In this document: positions 9,116 through 22,972 of the stretch, one piece after another | How the letters are laid out: each line of letters starts with the position of its first letter | How positions within the stretch are numbered: the stretch's first letter is position 1 | NCBI GenBank assembly: GCA_963733035.1 | Contig: CAVTBU010000004.1 | Location: 160,001-224,000, forward strand | DNA: 64,000 nucleotides | Reading direction: 5' to 3' | From: Pirellulales bacterium | GTDB lineage: Bacteria > Planctomycetota > Planctomycetia > Pirellulales > PALSA-1355 | The notes under the pieces: model-generated | Databases searched by the model: none | Told to the model about the DNA's origin: nothing | Seen by the model: the letters and a program-made list of their open reading frames with translations, nothing else | Made by a program: the position numbers and the translations under genes

Positions 9116-11295
9116 CTAGTTCTTTTGTTCTTCCCCGGGATGATACCTCCGTTTCGCGTGGGCCAAGACATCCTTCCATTCGAACCACGCGGGCTTGAAC
9201 TGGCGCTTTGAGTAGAGCGCGGCTTGGTCCATGAAGTGCGGCGATTTGGGATCGGAGCTTTCGCCGAATTGCAGAATCGTGGCCGCGTTCACTTTGTCGC
9301 CGAACTCGTAGACGCCAATGAATGAACCTCCGACGACGCCGTATTGCTTCTTGTGGTCGGCGGTGGGCGGGACGTAATACGTGTTAAACACGACGCCTAA
9401 CGGCCCCGGCACGCCGGCACACGGCAAACTTGGCAGTTTATCCGAAAACGGGATTGTGGCGGCCTCGGCGTAGTTGGCATGCCGCTGCATGCGACTAACA
9501 TCGCCCCACTTGACTTTCCAGTCGCCATAGAACGCCTGCAGGGTCTGCGCGGCCTCGACTAGAGCCGCAAGCTGGGCCTTGGCGTTGCCGACCATCTCCG
9601 GCTTGAGCGTTTCCACCGGATAGCCACGGCCGTAGAGTTGCTCGTACCACAGGACGCACAGCGTCGTTTCGGTCGAATCGAGCGACGACTTGCAATTCCA
9701 GTTCAGCAGGTGATCGAGATACGGCTGCACCTTGGCCGCCAGTTCCGAATCGGTGTCGCTAAGCGCTTCGAGGTCGCGCGCCATCCGGGGCAGGTTGACC
9801 AGCGGCCAGTAAAGCGTCGTATCCCAGCCGGCCTCCTTCCAATCATCAAACGTGACGTCATGCATTTTGCGCAAGAGCATTCGCGAAACTTCGGACCGCC
9901 GCTTGTCGGTCATTCGCTCTTCGACCATGTAGGTCGGGAAATCACCAATCGACGGGTTGCCAACGTCGGTCGCCAAAAACGGCGTGGCGTTGCAGTTCTG
10001 CACGTATCCCGACTCAGGATTGAGGATTTGCGGTAGCTCGCCGAACGTGTGCAATCCCTGCCATTCGGTCCGCGGATCGGAACCGTCGACGGGCTTGGAC
10101 CAATCGAAGCTTGGATCGCGCTTCGGCACGGTGCCGTTGTAGACATAGTAAATGTTGCCCCGATTGTCAGCGTAGCAGGTATTGAACATCTGCAGGTTAA
10201 GTTCGGCCATCGCCGCGCGCCATTCCGCGAGGTCCTGGGCCTTGCCCATTTTCAGCGCCTGCCGCAGTCGGCTTCCCTCGGTCAACCGGGCGATCTTGAC
10301 CGCCAAGAAACGTCCGTCGTCCTGCTTTCCAATGATCGGGCCGTGATGCGTCTTGCGGAACGTGTACGTGCGATCCTCCAGACCAGATGGTGTCTTGACC
10401 TTGATGGTCTCCTTCCACTCATTCGCCGTGCGATAGCCGTCGCCGTAACGATAGTTAAGGGGATTCTTGGGATCATCGAAGGTTTCAATCCACACGTCGC
10501 CCACGTCGGGCTCGTTGACCGTATGCGACCAGCCGAGCTTTTCGTTGTGGCCAATCGTGATCAGCGGGCCGCCAAAGAACGCCGAGCCGGCCATGTTCAA
10601 CCCTTCGCCGCTCTTAAGGTGTCCCTCATAAAACTGGCCAAATCCGAACCACGGCTGATGCGGATTGGCGAACAGCATCGCCTTGCCCGACTTGGTGCGG
10701 CTGGGTCCGATGGCCCAAGTGTTCGAGCCGGTGGCGCGCGAATCTCCTCCATCACGGCCCGGACCTTGCCCTTCGAGGCGTGCGTCTTGCCAAACAGAAA
10801 ATCAAGCAGTACAGCCCGCTCGTAGGCAATCACATGCCACGGCTCGAACTTGGTGATCAATCGCGGTTGAACTTCCGGGTGTTTGGCGAGGTAGTGGTTC
10901 AAACCGGCGACGTAGCCGGCACAGATCGCTTGCACATGCGGCTCGAGTTTCGGATAGTCGGCCTGTGCTCCCCTGACGATCTCGAACGAACGATTGAGCA
11001 AGTCCTTGTCGAGGCCATGCTCACCGTAGATTTCAGCGTAGCGGCCGAGCGAGGCAATGTAGGTATCTTCGATTTGCCAGAAGTAGTCCTGCGCTTGCGC
11101 ATACGCAAATCCGAACGACACGCTGGCGTCGGTCGGCCCTTCGACGTGTGGCACGCCCCACTCGTCGCGGTGAATCGTTACCTGCGACGCGAGTTTCTCG
11201 CCCAGCTCGTCGGCCCGACAATCTGCGGGTAGTGCGACACAAAAAGAGCCAATCGCCCAGACAACACCAAGAATCATCAACTGAAATCGCCGCAT
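9116..11295 (-). CDS. Penicillin acylase family Ntn-hydrolase, split by a 1-nt deletion near 10735
   Basis: Signal peptide and [11 protein letters not shown] in one frame; [24 protein letters not shown] beta-chain start in another. Confidence 0.88.
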
Positions 11296-11467
11296 GGCCA
11301 GAACTCCTACGTACAGACCGCACGTGACAGAATGAGGGGATGGCGATAGCTTGGCATGCGGGCGAGTACAATGCAAGCAAATCGTGTCGGGCGAAAACCA
11401 CTTCCTGTGGGCGCATATCGATCCAAGTTAGAAATACCGTGACTTTTGACGCCGAGCTAAAACCTAG

Positions 11468-12733
11468 CTATTGGTCCGGGCCGATGCACCACAAATGCTC
11501 GTACGTACGGATGAAGATTTCGCCGTCGGAGATAACAATGGATGAGTTGGTGGCTTCGTTCAGAGGGTTGGTGGCAAGCAGTTCGAAAACCGGACTGGCC
11601 TTAAGGACGAACGTATCGCCGGCCTGGTTGAGCATGTACAGTCGCTCGTCAGCCGTCAGGATCATCGACGACCAGGTGTCGCCAGTGCCGCCGGCAGTGA
11701 GCCGCTCTTCCCATATGGGCTCGCCTGTTTTCAGGTCAAGGCACTGAACGATGCCCTGCATGTCGTTGACATAGATGTGGCCCTGATGGACGACGCCTGA
11801 ACCCAGGCGGAGCTTGCTCTTGGGCTGCTGCCAAACGACGTGACTATCGGTCACGTCGCCAATTCCTCCAGGCCGCACCGCCACGCAGGCGCGATGATAG
11901 CCGCCCAGGGCCACCAAAATGCCGTCACCCCACATCGGCGACGTGTACACAAGCGACCCCAGGCCTCCAGCACTCCACAGCTGCTTGCCGGTCCGCGGCG
12001 CGAAGGCAACGATCTGTTCGGGTAGCGTCAAAATCAATTCCTCGCGGCCGGCGTCCTCGATCACAAGCGGCGTGCTCCAACTGCCCCGCAAATTGTCATC
12101 GCGCTCGAGTTGTTCAGGCGTAGGCTTCGGCAGATGATAGCGCCAGACATCCCTGCCCGTCCGTTTGTCGACGGCCACGACGAACTCATTCTTCCCAGGC
12201 CCGAAGTTCACAATGCAAAGATCTTCGTGAAGGATTGGCGAGGCGGCATAGCCCCACTCATGCTCCTGGATGCCCAGGTCGCGGTGCCACATTTGCTTGC
12301 CTTCGAGGTCGAAACAGAAAACGCCGGCCGAGCCGAACCAGGCGATCACCCGCTCACCGTCGGTCACGGGTGACGCCGAACAATAGGGATTCGTCGGATG
12401 GGTCGGTTCCTTAGCTGTATAGATCGTCCCCGCTTGCCAGAGCGTTTTACCTGTTGCGCGATCGAGACAGATCAGCGTGCGACGCTGCTCATTTTGGATC
12501 GGCTGGGTGACGAAGACCTTGTCGCCCCAAACAATCGGCGTGGAGTTGCCGCGCTCGGGCAGCTTGACCTTCCAGTGGACGTTCTCCGTGGGGCTCCAAT
12601 CGAGTTGAAGTTTCGACTCGCCGGAAACCCCGGTTCCTCGCGGCCCGCGCCATTGCGGCCAGTTTTCGGCCTCGGCGTGGGCACCAAGCAGCAAAACGAA
12701 CAATGTGAACCAGACGATATGGCGAGCAAACAT
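11468..12733 (-). CDS. Secreted PQQ-binding-like beta-propeller protein
   Basis: Signal peptide, ENWPQWRGP.G.G, repeated SP/TP...D..TGK..W blades. Confidence 0.9.
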   Translation of the reverse strand: MFARHIVWFTLFVLLLGAHAEAENWPQWRGPRGTGVSGESKLQLDWSPTENVHWKVKLPERGNSTPIVWGDKVFVTQPIQNEQRRTLICLDRATGKTLWQAGTIYTAKEPTHPTNPYCSASPVTDGERVIAWFGSAGVFCFDLEGKQMWHRDLGIQEHEWGYAASPILHEDLCIVNFGPGKNEFVVAVDKRTGRDVWRYHLPKPTPEQLERDDNLRGSWSTPLVIEDAGREELILTLPEQIVAFAPRTGKQLWSAGGLGSLVYTSPMWGDGILVALGGYHRACVAVRPGGIGDVTDSHVVWQQPKSKLRLGSGVVHQGHIYVNDMQGIVQCLDLKTGEPIWEERLTAGGTGDTWSSMILTADERLYMLNQAGDTFVLKASPVFELLATNPLNEATNSSIVISDGEIFIRTYEHLWCIGPDQ

Positions 12734-12857
12734 CGGCAAGTACATCCTGTTGTGAACTTGGACCATCGCGGAAACAACACCGGTGGTGCTTGACATATTC
12801 TGCGCGAGGTCGGCATGATTGTCGACAACAACAATAGTGGCAACGGGAACACCGATC

Positions 12858-13793
12858 ATGGGCAATCTTTGGGGTGGAATCGAAGCGGGCGGAACGAAGT
12901 TCGTCTGCGCGGTCGGCACAGGTCCGAACGACGTTCGAGCCGAGGTTCGCTTTGCGACGACGACTCCCACGGAAACGCTTGGGCGCGCGATCACTTTCTT
13001 CCGTGAACAGACCAGCCGACTGGGCGAGTTGGCGGCCATCGGCATTGCGTCCTTCGGACCGATTGATCCCAAGCCCGGCTCCGCGACCTATGGCTACATC
13101 ACTACCACCCCTAAACCCGGCTGGGGTCATATCGACTTCGCCGGCACGGTCAGCCGTGAACTCGGCGTGCCTGTGGGATTCGACACGGATGTCAACGTCG
13201 CGGCACTCGGCGAGTGGCGTTGGGGTGCCGGACAGGGCCTGGCAAACCTGATCTATCTCACCATTGGTACTGGTATTGGCGGCGGGGGTCTGATGAACGG
13301 ACGACTGATGCATGGATTGGTTCACCCTGAAATGGGGCACATGCGCCTCCCGCACGACCGCGAGGCCGATCCTTACACGGGACACTGCCCCTATCATGGC
13401 GACTGTTTCGAGGGACTCGCCTCGGGTCCGGCAATGGCCGACCGCTGGGGACAAGCGGCCCACACCTTGCCGGAAGACCATCAGGCATGGCCGCTCGAAG
13501 CGCACTATTTGGCACTCGCGCTCGTCAACATCGTCTGCACACTTTCGCCAGAACGAATTATTCTTGGCGGCGGCGTGATGTCGCACGGGCAGTTGCTACC
13601 GATGATTCGCCGCGATGCCCAACGCCTGCTGAACCAGTATGTGCAATCGCCGGCCGTGCTCGGCCAGATTGACGAGTACATTGTTGCGCCGGGTCTTGGC
13701 AATCTCTCAGGCGTGTTGGGGGCCTTTGCACTGGCGGAGCAAACATGTGCCAAAAAACGAACGACTGCAAACGACGCTAGATCGGGAATTTGA
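12858..13793 (+). CDS. ROK family sugar kinase (fructokinase-like)
   Basis: [37 protein letters not shown]. Confidence 0.92.
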   Translation: MGNLWGGIEAGGTKFVCAVGTGPNDVRAEVRFATTTPTETLGRAITFFREQTSRLGELAAIGIASFGPIDPKPGSATYGYITTTPKPGWGHIDFAGTVSRELGVPVGFDTDVNVAALGEWRWGAGQGLANLIYLTIGTGIGGGGLMNGRLMHGLVHPEMGHMRLPHDREADPYTGHCPYHGDCFEGLASGPAMADRWGQAAHTLPEDHQAWPLEAHYLALALVNIVCTLSPERIILGGGVMSHGQLLPMIRRDAQRLLNQYVQSPAVLGQIDEYIVAPGLGNLSGVLGAFALAEQTCAKKRTTANDARSGI

Positions 13794-15315
13794 TGCCCTG
13801 GGCCAGCGGCAATTCGGTGGAGTAGTTGACGGTGTTGGTTGCGCGGCGCATGTAGTTCTTCCAGGCGTCGGAGCCCGACTCCCGGCCCCCGCCGGTTTCC
13901 TTTTCGCCACCGAAGGCTCCGCCAATTTCCGCGCCGCTAGTTCCGATGTTCACGTTGGCAATGCCGCAGTCCGAGCCGACCGCCGAGCAAAACAGCTCGG
14001 CTTCGCGGACGTCGTTCGTAAAGATGGCCGAGGCCAGACCCTGTGGCACACTGTTGTTGATGGCAATCGCTTCCTCGATCGTCTCGTATCGCATGAAGTA
14101 CAGAATTGGCGCGAAAGTTTCCTGTTGAACAATCGGAGCCTGAGGTTCGATCTCGACGATTGCAGGTCGCACGTAGACGCCGCCGCGCGATACACCCGTT
14201 GTGATTCGCTCACCACCGTGTACTTTTCCGCCCTGAACTGTCGCCTGCTCCAAAGCCTGTTGCATGGCTTCGGCGGCGTGCCAATCTATAATCGGACCGA
14301 CGAGCGTCCCTTGGTCCAAGGGATCGCCGATCGCCAACTCCGCATATACTTTTAATAATCGCGCCAACAGGCCTTCGGCAATCGAACTGTGGACGATCAA
14401 TCGGCGCAAACTCGTACAGCGCTGGCCGCAAGTGCCCACGGCCGCAAAAACGCTCCCGCGCAATGCCAGATTCAGGTCGGCCGAAGGCGCCACGACGGCG
14501 GCGTTGTTGCCGCCCAATTCCAACAGCGAGCGACCCAATCGCGCGGCCACTGTTTGTCCGACAACGCGGCCCATCTTCACCGAGCCGGTGGCCGAGATCA
14601 GCGGGAACTTGGGAGACGACGCGATGGCATGGCCAATTTCCTCGCCGCCGCCGATCACAACGTTGGTCACTTCGCTCGGAAAATCAGGGAACTCGGCCAG
14701 CACGTCCGTGGCAAGCTTCTGACAGGCCAGCGCCGAAATCGGCGCCTTCTCCGAAGGCTTCCACACGAGCGTATCGCCACACACGAGCGCCAGCATTGCA
14801 TTCCAAGCCCAAACGGCAACTGGAAAATTAAAGGCGGTGATGACGCCGACGGGGCCGAGCGGGTGCCACTGTTCGGTAAGCCGATGGTGAGGCCGTTCGC
14901 TGGCGATCGATAGTCCATAAAGTTGGCGGCTGAGCCCAACGGCAAAGTCGCAAATGTCGATCATCTCCTGCACTTCACCGGCTGCTTCCTCGAGGATCTT
15001 GCCCGTTTCGAGCGTCACTATTAAAGCCAGGTCGGCTTTGTGCTCGCGGAGCCGCTCACCGATTCGCCGCACGACGTCACCGCGGCGCGGCGCGGGGGCG
15101 GTCCGCCATTCGAGAAACGCAGCGTGCGCCGCCGCCGCGGCATGTTCTACGTCGGCCGACGTGGCGGTGGGGAAACGGGCCAGTTCCGATCCGTCGATTG
15201 GTGAATACACGCACAACAAATCTCCCCGTCCGATTGAATGGCGATCGCCGATCGCCACGGCTGCCGGGTGAGCAACGCCCATTCGATCCAAAGCTTCTTC
15301 AAGCATTCGTTTCAT
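13777..15315 (-). CDS. ALDH7-type aldehyde dehydrogenase (piperideine-6-carboxylate / aminoadipate semialdehyde)
   Basis: [46 protein letters not shown]. Confidence 0.92.
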   Translation of the reverse strand: MKRMLEEALDRMGVAHPAAVAIGDRHSIGRGDLLCVYSPIDGSELARFPTATSADVEHAAAAAHAAFLEWRTAPAPRRGDVVRRIGERLREHKADLALIVTLETGKILEEAAGEVQEMIDICDFAVGLSRQLYGLSIASERPHHRLTEQWHPLGPVGVITAFNFPVAVWAWNAMLALVCGDTLVWKPSEKAPISALACQKLATDVLAEFPDFPSEVTNVVIGGGEEIGHAIASSPKFPLISATGSVKMGRVVGQTVAARLGRSLLELGGNNAAVVAPSADLNLALRGSVFAAVGTCGQRCTSLRRLIVHSSIAEGLLARLLKVYAELAIGDPLDQGTLVGPIIDWHAAEAMQQALEQATVQGGKVHGGERITTGVSRGGVYVRPAIVEIEPQAPIVQQETFAPILYFMRYETIEEAIAINNSVPQGLASAIFTNDVREAELFCSAVGSDCGIANVNIGTSGAEIGGAFGGEKETGGGRESGSDAWKNYMRRATNTVNYSTELPLAQGIKFPI

Positions 15316-16446
15316 CGCCGATTCCTTCCTCGTCCGCAGGCCCCATGAAGCGGCTAAAGACTTTAGAGCCCTGATAGTGCTGTCCGAAGCGATTGGCCAT
15401 GAAGTCATCGAATGCGACTTGCTCCTGCCGCACGAGCCCGGTGCCGGCGAGGCGGTGTTCAAAATACAGGTCGACCACAGCACAAATACCAGCGGCAGTG
15501 GTAATCTGAATTGCACTCCACGCCTCATCACCAATCGATTCGCCGTAGATCTTGCGGGCGTCGCTCAGCTGCACGAGTTGACCTTTGCGGCGGCCCGAAA
15601 CCGTGCAAAAGATGACCACGACGTCCTGAAACGTGACGGGCACGGCATTTTCGAGAATGTCCTTGAGCAAATCCCTGCGGACGGACAGACGAAGTTCGGC
15701 CGTCAGGAAGCGCATCAGGTCGCGGTGCCCCATGTAGCGAATCGTCTTATAGTTCAGCTCTCGCACACGGTTTTGCAGGGTGTCACAGAGCGTGCCCAAT
15801 CCGCCGGAAGTGTTGAACGCCTCGTACCGCACGCCGTCGAGAGAAAAATGCTCGACGCCCTCAAGCGGCAAGACTTCAATCCGGCGTTCCTCATGAATCG
15901 CCTCGCACAGATTGCAGTACTCATTGATCAGACCATCGGTCGACCAGGTGAGGTTGTACATCAGCGCGCCCGTGGGGAACTGCGGCAGCGCGCCCACCCG
16001 CATGTAAACAGTTTCCAGCGAATCGAAGGACTCGGTCAGATGCTGGGCGACAATCGAGACGAACCCCGGCGCCAGCCCGCATTGCGGCATGAAGATCTGG
16101 CCGCCGCGGGCTTCGGTCGCAATTTCGCTCACGCGGCGGGTTGTTTCGATGTCTTCGGTAAGGTCGAAATAGCTGCGCCTGCCTTGAGCGCCGCGCCCGC
16201 CACGGTGGGGTTGTGAGCAAAGCTGAGTGCCGAAATAACAGCTTCTCGACCGTCGAGGGCACGCGCCAACTGAGTTGGATCGTCCGCATCGAGCCGGATG
16301 GTTTCGACTCCGGCCACTTCACGAATCCGAGCAAGCGCCGCTGGCTCCTGATCGCCAACGAGCACGTCGTAGTCGCCCGAACCAGTAAGAAAGCGGGCGA
16401 TCATGCGGCCAATCTTGCCGGCACCGAGCAACAAGACATTCCGCAT
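15299..16446 (-). CDS. Saccharopine dehydrogenase family protein (lysine 6-dehydrogenase-like), split by a 1-nt deletion near 16175
   Basis: LLGAGKIG N-terminus; adding one base restores YFDLTED and joins to MPQCGLAPGF...YNLTWS. Confidence 0.85.
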
Positions 16447-16600
16447 GGGTCCGCCTTTCGCAGGAAATGCGCGCGATTGCTGGCGCGTCCACCCGCGCAG
16501 CAGTGAGGAGAAGTTGCCTATACTACAATTATACGCCACTGCAGTGCGTCGGAAATGCGATATTAACTCCGGCGAAACAGCGCCCCTTATGTCCGTGGCC

Positions 16601-16616
16601 CGGCACTCCCCTTGCA
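16601..16616 (+). promoter_or_regulatory. Possible sigma-54 -24/-12 promoter
   Basis: CGGCACTCCCCTTGCA (GG-N10-GC) about 75 nt upstream of the hydrolase gene. Confidence 0.35.
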
Positions 16617-16692
16617 TTGTCTGCCGACGAGCGACTAGCATGGCGACTGTGCGCTGAAAAATGGGACCCCGCTAACTGAGGATGCCGCCGCT

Positions 16693-17709
16693 ATGCGCCT
16701 CACTACTTGCTGTCTGTTCGCGCTTACCGCCCTGTTGCTCGCGACGCGCATCGCCACCTCCGACGAGGTAACGACGGGCACCGTAGTGTTCACTCCGGTA
16801 GGAGATGAAACACGCCTTCCGGCCGTGTTTCGTCTGAAGCCTCACACTTTCGAATACCAGCAGTCGCCGCTGCCGACAATGGGCAAGATCATGACCGTGT
16901 GGGACGTGACCTTTCCCTCGCCAATGGTGACGCCGCATCCCAGGAACAACACGGTCCACTGCGAGTACTTCAGCCCAACTACCCCCGGTGAAAAGCCGGG
17001 CGTTATCGTGCTACATATCTTGGGCGGCGACTTCGACTTGGCACGGATGTTTTGCCGAGCCCTGGCGGGCAGGGGCATTAACGCCCTATTTCTCAAGATG
17101 CCCTACTACGGCGAACGTCGACAGCCAGGAGACGACACGCGAATGATCTCGCTCGATCCGTACCAGACCGTCAAGGGGATGACCCAGGCGGTACTCGATA
17201 TTCGTCGCGCCGCCGCCTGGTTGGCGGCGCGTGAGGAAGTTGCTGACGACCAAATCGGCATCATGGGAATCAGCCTGGGCGGCATCACGGCCAGCCTGGC
17301 ATGCAGCATCGAGCCGCGATTCCACAAGGCATGCTTTCTCTTGGCAGGCGGCGACATGGGACAAGTGGCCTGGACCTCGACCGAGATGAGTGAGTTGCGC
17401 GAGAAGTGGACCGCCGAGGGGCACACCAAGCAGGAGCTGTTCGACATCTTGCGCCCGGTCGATCCGGTCACCTACGCCCGGCCCGCTGCCGGTCGTAAGA
17501 TACTGATGCTCAACGCCAGTCACGACGAGGTCGTGCCACCCGCCTGCACGAAAAGCCTGTGGCGGGCGTTCGGCGAGCCAGAGATCGTCTGGTGGGACGC
17601 CGGCCACTATAGCGCCGTGCGCTACCTGGGGGGTGGCATGTTGCGGGTCGTGGAATTCTTCCAGCCCGACGACAAGACGCAAGCTGCGATTCAGAGCACG
17701 GCGAAGTAG
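16693..17709 (+). CDS. Secreted alpha/beta hydrolase
   Basis: Signal peptide, GISLGG nucleophile elbow, DEVVP, AGHY. Confidence 0.88.
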   Translation: MRLTTCCLFALTALLLATRIATSDEVTTGTVVFTPVGDETRLPAVFRLKPHTFEYQQSPLPTMGKIMTVWDVTFPSPMVTPHPRNNTVHCEYFSPTTPGEKPGVIVLHILGGDFDLARMFCRALAGRGINALFLKMPYYGERRQPGDDTRMISLDPYQTVKGMTQAVLDIRRAAAWLAAREEVADDQIGIMGISLGGITASLACSIEPRFHKACFLLAGGDMGQVAWTSTEMSELREKWTAEGHTKQELFDILRPVDPVTYARPAAGRKILMLNASHDEVVPPACTKSLWRAFGEPEIVWWDAGHYSAVRYLGGGMLRVVEFFQPDDKTQAAIQSTAK

Positions 17710-19244
17710 TTTTCGACCGCGAAATCCATTGCGTCGTTGGTCATCTCGGCTTCGCGATTTTCGTACAGGCACATGTTTCTTGCTTGCGTCAGCAAGTTGC
17801 GCGGCTGGCAACAGCGCATCGGACGGCCAACGGCCCGGTAGTGATTCTCGATCACATAGGTGACCACTTCGTCCCGGTACTCGAATCCCAGGAGTGGGGC
17901 CATCATTTTGAACAAATCCCGGAACTCCTCTTCGCTGGGGTTGGTCACTTCAATTTTATAGGGAATACGCCGTAGGAACGCGTCGTCCACCAAGTCCTTG
18001 GGCTCGAGGTTCGTGGAAAAAATTACGAGTTGGTCGAACGGCACTTCGATCTTCTTGCCGTTGGCCAGGTTCAAGTAGTCGTGTCGCTTTTCCAAGGGAA
18101 CAATCCAGCGATTGAGCAACTCGTCGGTGCTCATCCGCTGACGGCCGAAGTCGTCGATTACCAACGTGCCGCAGTTGCTCTTGAGTTGCACCGGCGCCTC
18201 ACTGATGCCCGTGGACGTGTTGAGCGTGACTTCCAAGTTGGCCATCGTCAATTCACCACCGACCACGACCGTCGGACGGCGGATGCGCACCCAGCGCTTG
18301 TCGACTTTGTACTCATCCAGCAGCCCATTGTGACCGGGCAAGGGAGCCAGTTCGTGCGCATTTGGGTCGAACAGCCGAATGATTTCGCCATCGATTCCGA
18401 TTGACCGAGGAATCCAGATAAACTGGCCAAAGGCTTTGGTAACGCGTTCGGCGATACTCGTTTTGCCGTTGCCCGGAGGCCCGAACAAGAACAAACCGCG
18501 GCCAGAATTGATTGCCGGTCCCAGACGGCGAAGCATCTGCTTATTGATCAACAGATCCGAGAACGCGCGTTTGAGATCGTCAACCTTCGGGTGCTGCTGC
18601 GTCAGCGATTGTTTCGCCACGGCATCGACGTATTGATCGAGCGAGACAGGGGCCGCGCCAAAGTAGGTACAGTGTTCGGAAAGACGCCGGGCGCGTTCGC
18701 GTCCCACGTCCGTCAACTGGTAGAGATAGTCATTCATCGGGGCAGACCCCTTGTGAACGACCAATTGATCCATTTTGAGTTGGCGCAGTAGCTCGTCGAT
18801 CAAGCGGAACGGGAGCTTCAAGTGGTCGTTGACTTCCCGCCCGGTGAGGTCGCCACGCGAGAGCATCAACTTCAGGATCAAGCCCTCGGCGGCGCTGGTG
18901 GTAATCTCGGCTTCTTCAAATGTTGATGGTTCGACCGGAACGAAGGCGTCGGGAATGCCAGGGGTGGCCGACTGCGACCTCGCCTCGTTGGCGGCCAGCA
19001 AGTTTGTATCGATCGACGAGGCGAACGGAGCAACCGTCTGGCCGGACGTCGTCGAGCCAGTCATCCCGCGAATTTTTTCGACCAGTGCATCAATGTCGGC
19101 TTCGGTTTCGCCTGCGGGCGTCTCCTCCTCGGCAACCGCGTGCTGCGCTTGCGAGGCGGCGACCGTCGCCCACGGGTCGGGGCCGGGCATTTGCCCTTGT
19201 CCAGTTAGACGCGCAAGCAGTTCATCGTGTGAAAGTTCTGCCAT
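17691..19244 (-). CDS. AAA+ family ATPase
   Basis: Walker A GPPGNGKT, Walker [21 protein letters not shown]. Confidence 0.88.
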   Translation of the reverse strand: MAELSHDELLARLTGQGQMPGPDPWATVAASQAQHAVAEEETPAGETEADIDALVEKIRGMTGSTTSGQTVAPFASSIDTNLLAANEARSQSATPGIPDAFVPVEPSTFEEAEITTSAAEGLILKLMLSRGDLTGREVNDHLKLPFRLIDELLRQLKMDQLVVHKGSAPMNDYLYQLTDVGRERARRLSEHCTYFGAAPVSLDQYVDAVAKQSLTQQHPKVDDLKRAFSDLLINKQMLRRLGPAINSGRGLFLFGPPGNGKTSIAERVTKAFGQFIWIPRSIGIDGEIIRLFDPNAHELAPLPGHNGLLDEYKVDKRWVRIRRPTVVVGGELTMANLEVTLNTSTGISEAPVQLKSNCGTLVIDDFGRQRMSTDELLNRWIVPLEKRHDYLNLANGKKIEVPFDQLVIFSTNLEPKDLVDDAFLRRIPYKIEVTNPSEEEFRDLFKMMAPLLGFEYRDEVVTYVIENHYRAVGRPMRCCQPRNLLTQARNMCLYENREAEMTNDAMDFAVENYFAVL

Positions 19245-19477
19245 GAATCGTTACTCGCGAATTGTGCCGAGTGGGCGCGAAATGGGGCCGTGGCGTCTGG
19301 CCCATGCGTCAGTGAAAACCTAGGTCGCCAGCGTCCGCTGGTCAAAGTCCATCTGCGATGCACCGTAGGCTTCGAAGGAGCAGCAGACAGGAGTCCGTTT
19401 GTTCGGTACAATTCGTGCAATTGGCTCGGTCGGCGCGTTTATTTCCTCAGAAAACCCGAGGCAGGGGCAGGAAAGTT

Positions 19478-22189
19478 ATGAGCAAGTCACAGAACACCAA
19501 CCCTTTCGGGGCACGTGAAGCATTTGATACCGGACATGGCAAAGCCAGCCTGTTTCGCCTCTCGAAACTTGAGGACCACGGCCTCGGCAAGATCGCCGAA
19601 CTTCCCTTTTCAATTCGCGTTTTGCTCGAGGCTGCGCTGCGGAACTGCGACGGCTTCACGGTCCGCGAAGACGACGTAAAGAACCTCGCGGGCTGGAGCC
19701 CCACAGCCGCGGCAGACGTGGAGATCCCGTTCAAGCCTTCTCGCGTTCTGTTGCAAGACTTCACCGGCGTACCGGCCGTGGTCGATCTGGCCGCAATGCG
19801 CGCGGCCATGAAGCGGCTGGGGGGCAATCCGAAAAAAATCAACCCGCTCATTCCGGTCGATCTGGTCATCGATCACTCCGTGCAAGTCGACATGTTCAAC
19901 TCGGCCGATGCCCTTGAGAAGAACGTTGAGTTGGAATATCAGCGCAATCGCGAGCGGTACGAATTCCTCCGCTGGGGCCAAAAGGCGTTCGATAATTTCC
20001 AGGTCGTGCCGCCCAGCGTGGGCATCGTGCACCAGGTGAATCTGGAGTACCTGGCTCGCGGCGTCTTTCTGCGCGGCGAGAAGAACGATCCGGTGGCCGT
20101 GCCGGACACGCTGGTGGGCACCGACAGCCATACCACGATGATCAACGGTTTGGGCGTCGTCGGATGGGGAGTCGGCGGCATTGAAGCCGAGGCGGTGATG
20201 CTCGGTCAACCGCTGTATATGCTCATGCCGGAAGTGATCGGCTTCAAGATCACCGGCAAATTGCCGCCAGGCGCCACTGCGACCGACCTGGTGCTAACCG
20301 TTACCCAGATCCTCCGCAAGGCGGGCGTTGTCGGCAAGTTCGTCGAGTTTTTCGGACCGGGCGTTTCGCACATGACCTTGCCGGATCGAGCGACCATCGG
20401 CAACATGGCGCCCGAGTATGGCGCCACGATGGGCTTCTTCCCCGTCGACAACGAGACACTGAGCTACCTGCGACGCACGGGCCGCACGCCGGCCGAAGTC
20501 GATTTGGTCGAGCGGTACACGAAAGAGCAGCAGCTTTTCCGTACCGATGACGGCCCCGAGCCGAAGTTCACGAAAGTGCTTTCGCTCGACATGAGCACCG
20601 TGGAACCTAGCCTGGCCGGACCGAAGCGTCCGCAGGACCTGGTGCCGCTAAGGACGATGAAGGAGTCGTTCCACAATTCGCTCACCGCCCCGGTCTCCGA
20701 ACGCGGCTTCGCGCTCGACTCCGCGGGCCTCAAGCGTACCGCAAACGTGAGCAACAACGGCAGTTCGTCCACGATTGGACACGGCGCCGTCGTGATTGCC
20801 GCCATCACTAGTTGCACGAACACCAGCAACCCTTCGGTGATGATTGCCGCCGGATTGTTGGCCAAGAAAGCGGCCGAGAAGGGGCTCAAGCGCAAACCGT
20901 ATGTGAAAACCAGCCTGGCTCCGGGGTCGCGCGTGGTTACCGACTACTTTGAAAAGTCAGGACTAATCAAGCCGCTTGAGGAACTCGGGTTTTACACCGT
21001 TGGCTATGGCTGCACGACTTGCATCGGCAACAGCGGCCCGCTGCCCGAGCCAGTGGCCAAAGCGGTTACGGATGGCGATTTGGTTGCGTCAGCCGTCTTG
21101 AGCGGAAATCGCAACTTCGAGGGCCGTATCAATCCGTTGGTAAAGGCCAACTACTTGGCCAGCCCGCCGCTTGTCGTGGCCTATGCCTTGGCCGGAACGA
21201 CGGATATCGACTTGGTCAAGGAGCCCATCGGCCAGGGTAGCGATGGCAAGGATGTCTTCTTGAAGGATATCTGGCCGTCGTCGGAGGAGGTGCAAGCCAC
21301 GATCGAAAAGTGCGTGCGGCCCGAGATGTTTCAGGCTCGCTACACCGACGTGATGACCTCCAACAAGAAGTGGAATCAGCTGCCGACCAGCGAGGGTGAC
21401 CTCTACGATTGGGATGCAGACAGCACGTACATTCAGGAGCCGCCATTTCTGGTCGACTTGCCGCGCGAACCGGGACAGATTCAGCCGATCGCCGGTGCCC
21501 GCGTGCTGGCGATGCTGGGCGACTCAGTAACCACCGACCATATTTCGCCAGCCGGTTCGATTGCCGTCAAGAGTCCGGCCGGTCGCTATCTCGTCGAGCA
21601 CGGAGTTGATCCGCGCGACTTCAATAGCTACGGGGCCCGCCGCGGCAACGATCGGGTCATGACGCGTGGCACGCTCGCGAACATCCGCATCCGCAATCAA
21701 CTGGCCCCAGGCACCGAGGGCGGCGTTACGCGTCACTTGCCCGACGGGCAGCAAATGAGCATCTACGACGCGGCGATGCAATATAAGCAAGAGGACGTGC
21801 CATTGGTTATCCTGGCCGGCGCCGAGTATGGCACCGGCAGCAGCCGCGACTGGGCTGCCAAAGGAACCCTTCTCCTTGGCGTGCGGGCCGTTATCGCCGT
21901 CAGCTTCGAGCGGATTCACCGCAGCAACCTGGTGGGCATGGGCGTGTTGCCGCTCGAGTTTACCAAGGGCACCTCGTGGGAGTCGCTCGGCCTCACCGGT
22001 GAAGAGACTTATGAGATCCAGGGGCTCGACGAAACGCTCAAACCCTCCGGCACCGTGACGGTCGTGGCAACGTCGAGCGGCGGTGCCTCGAAGGAGTTCA
22101 CTTGCCGCGTCCGGATCGACACGCCCGTGGAGCTCGAATACTACCGCCATGGTGGCATCTTGCAGACAGTGCTCCGAAAGCTGCTATGA
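19478..22189 (+). CDS. acnA: Aconitate hydratase A
   Basis: [53 protein letters not shown]. Confidence 0.97.
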   Translation: MSKSQNTNPFGAREAFDTGHGKASLFRLSKLEDHGLGKIAELPFSIRVLLEAALRNCDGFTVREDDVKNLAGWSPTAAADVEIPFKPSRVLLQDFTGVPAVVDLAAMRAAMKRLGGNPKKINPLIPVDLVIDHSVQVDMFNSADALEKNVELEYQRNRERYEFLRWGQKAFDNFQVVPPSVGIVHQVNLEYLARGVFLRGEKNDPVAVPDTLVGTDSHTTMINGLGVVGWGVGGIEAEAVMLGQPLYMLMPEVIGFKITGKLPPGATATDLVLTVTQILRKAGVVGKFVEFFGPGVSHMTLPDRATIGNMAPEYGATMGFFPVDNETLSYLRRTGRTPAEVDLVERYTKEQQLFRTDDGPEPKFTKVLSLDMSTVEPSLAGPKRPQDLVPLRTMKESFHNSLTAPVSERGFALDSAGLKRTANVSNNGSSSTIGHGAVVIAAITSCTNTSNPSVMIAAGLLAKKAAEKGLKRKPYVKTSLAPGSRVVTDYFEKSGLIKPLEELGFYTVGYGCTTCIGNSGPLPEPVAKAVTDGDLVASAVLSGNRNFEGRINPLVKANYLASPPLVVAYALAGTTDIDLVKEPIGQGSDGKDVFLKDIWPSSEEVQATIEKCVRPEMFQARYTDVMTSNKKWNQLPTSEGDLYDWDADSTYIQEPPFLVDLPREPGQIQPIAGARVLAMLGDSVTTDHISPAGSIAVKSPAGRYLVEHGVDPRDFNSYGARRGNDRVMTRGTLANIRIRNQLAPGTEGGVTRHLPDGQQMSIYDAAMQYKQEDVPLVILAGAEYGTGSSRDWAAKGTLLLGVRAVIAVSFERIHRSNLVGMGVLPLEFTKGTSWESLGLTGEETYEIQGLDETLKPSGTVTVVATSSGGASKEFTCRVRIDTPVELEYYRHGGILQTVLRKLL

Positions 22190-22212
22190 CACGACCGCGC
22201 AGGTCGGTGTAT

Positions 22213-22706
22213 TTAGCCATTGTTGTGAGCAAGCTCTTCGGCCACGAGTTCGAGATTATCCTGGTAGTAGTCAACGGTTTCGGCCGGCGTGAGGTTGAAC
22301 CGAGCACGGCCGTCGGTGGCCCAGCTACCACCTTCGATCCGAAAGACGGCGGTGGCCGCGCGAGATTGCTCACGGCCTCGACTTCCTCCATTCCTCCCCC
22401 GGCGATGGCCTCAAAGCCAATGGTCACTCCGACGAAAGCCCACAGCTCGCCACTCTGCCGATGCCGTGCATAGAGCACCGCATCCTCAAAATCACAACGA
22501 ACCCAATCGAGCCCCCGCGGCTTGCCGCTGCGTGACGCCAAGGTCAGGAACTTTGCTTCAAGCCGCTCGCGCTGAAGGTGAAAATCGCGGCGTGCCCGGG
22601 CCAGCTGCTTTTCGCGCAGCCGCGCGCGCAACGGTCGCCAACCGACGGCCGCCACGCAGAGGAGGACCGCGCCGACAGCTACTGCCGTGATCCACCACGC
22701 GGCCAT
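22213..22706 (-). CDS. Membrane-anchored hypothetical protein, split by a 1-nt deletion near 22360
   Basis: N-terminal TM helix; corrected frame reads NLRAATAVFRIEGGSWATDGRARFNL to TAA at 22213, which removes the overlap with acnA. Confidence 0.7.
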
Positions 22707-22972
22707 GAGAAGACCCTCGTCCGTGCAGGAATATCGCGCCCTTACCGTCTCATTTTACTCGGCGCACCGGTGGTTACAAGCAAACCGCACGCCGCTGGGT
22801 AGCAAGATTCGGCACGCCTGGAGTGACACCCCCTCCGGGTCTTTTCAGCGGCCCCCCTTTTGCTATGATGGCACCCGCAACGACACATCCGTCAATCGCC
22901 TTTTCGGCGAACCGACCAGGGCCGCGTCGTTGGCTCTTTCTAATCCTTTTCATCCGTCGGGAGCGTAGAAGC

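Noticed and set aside
10725..10745. Programmed frameshift at the acylase alpha/beta junction
   Set aside because: The position just before the catalytic Ser is tempting, but there is no slippery heptamer and five similar deletions occur in unrelated genes.
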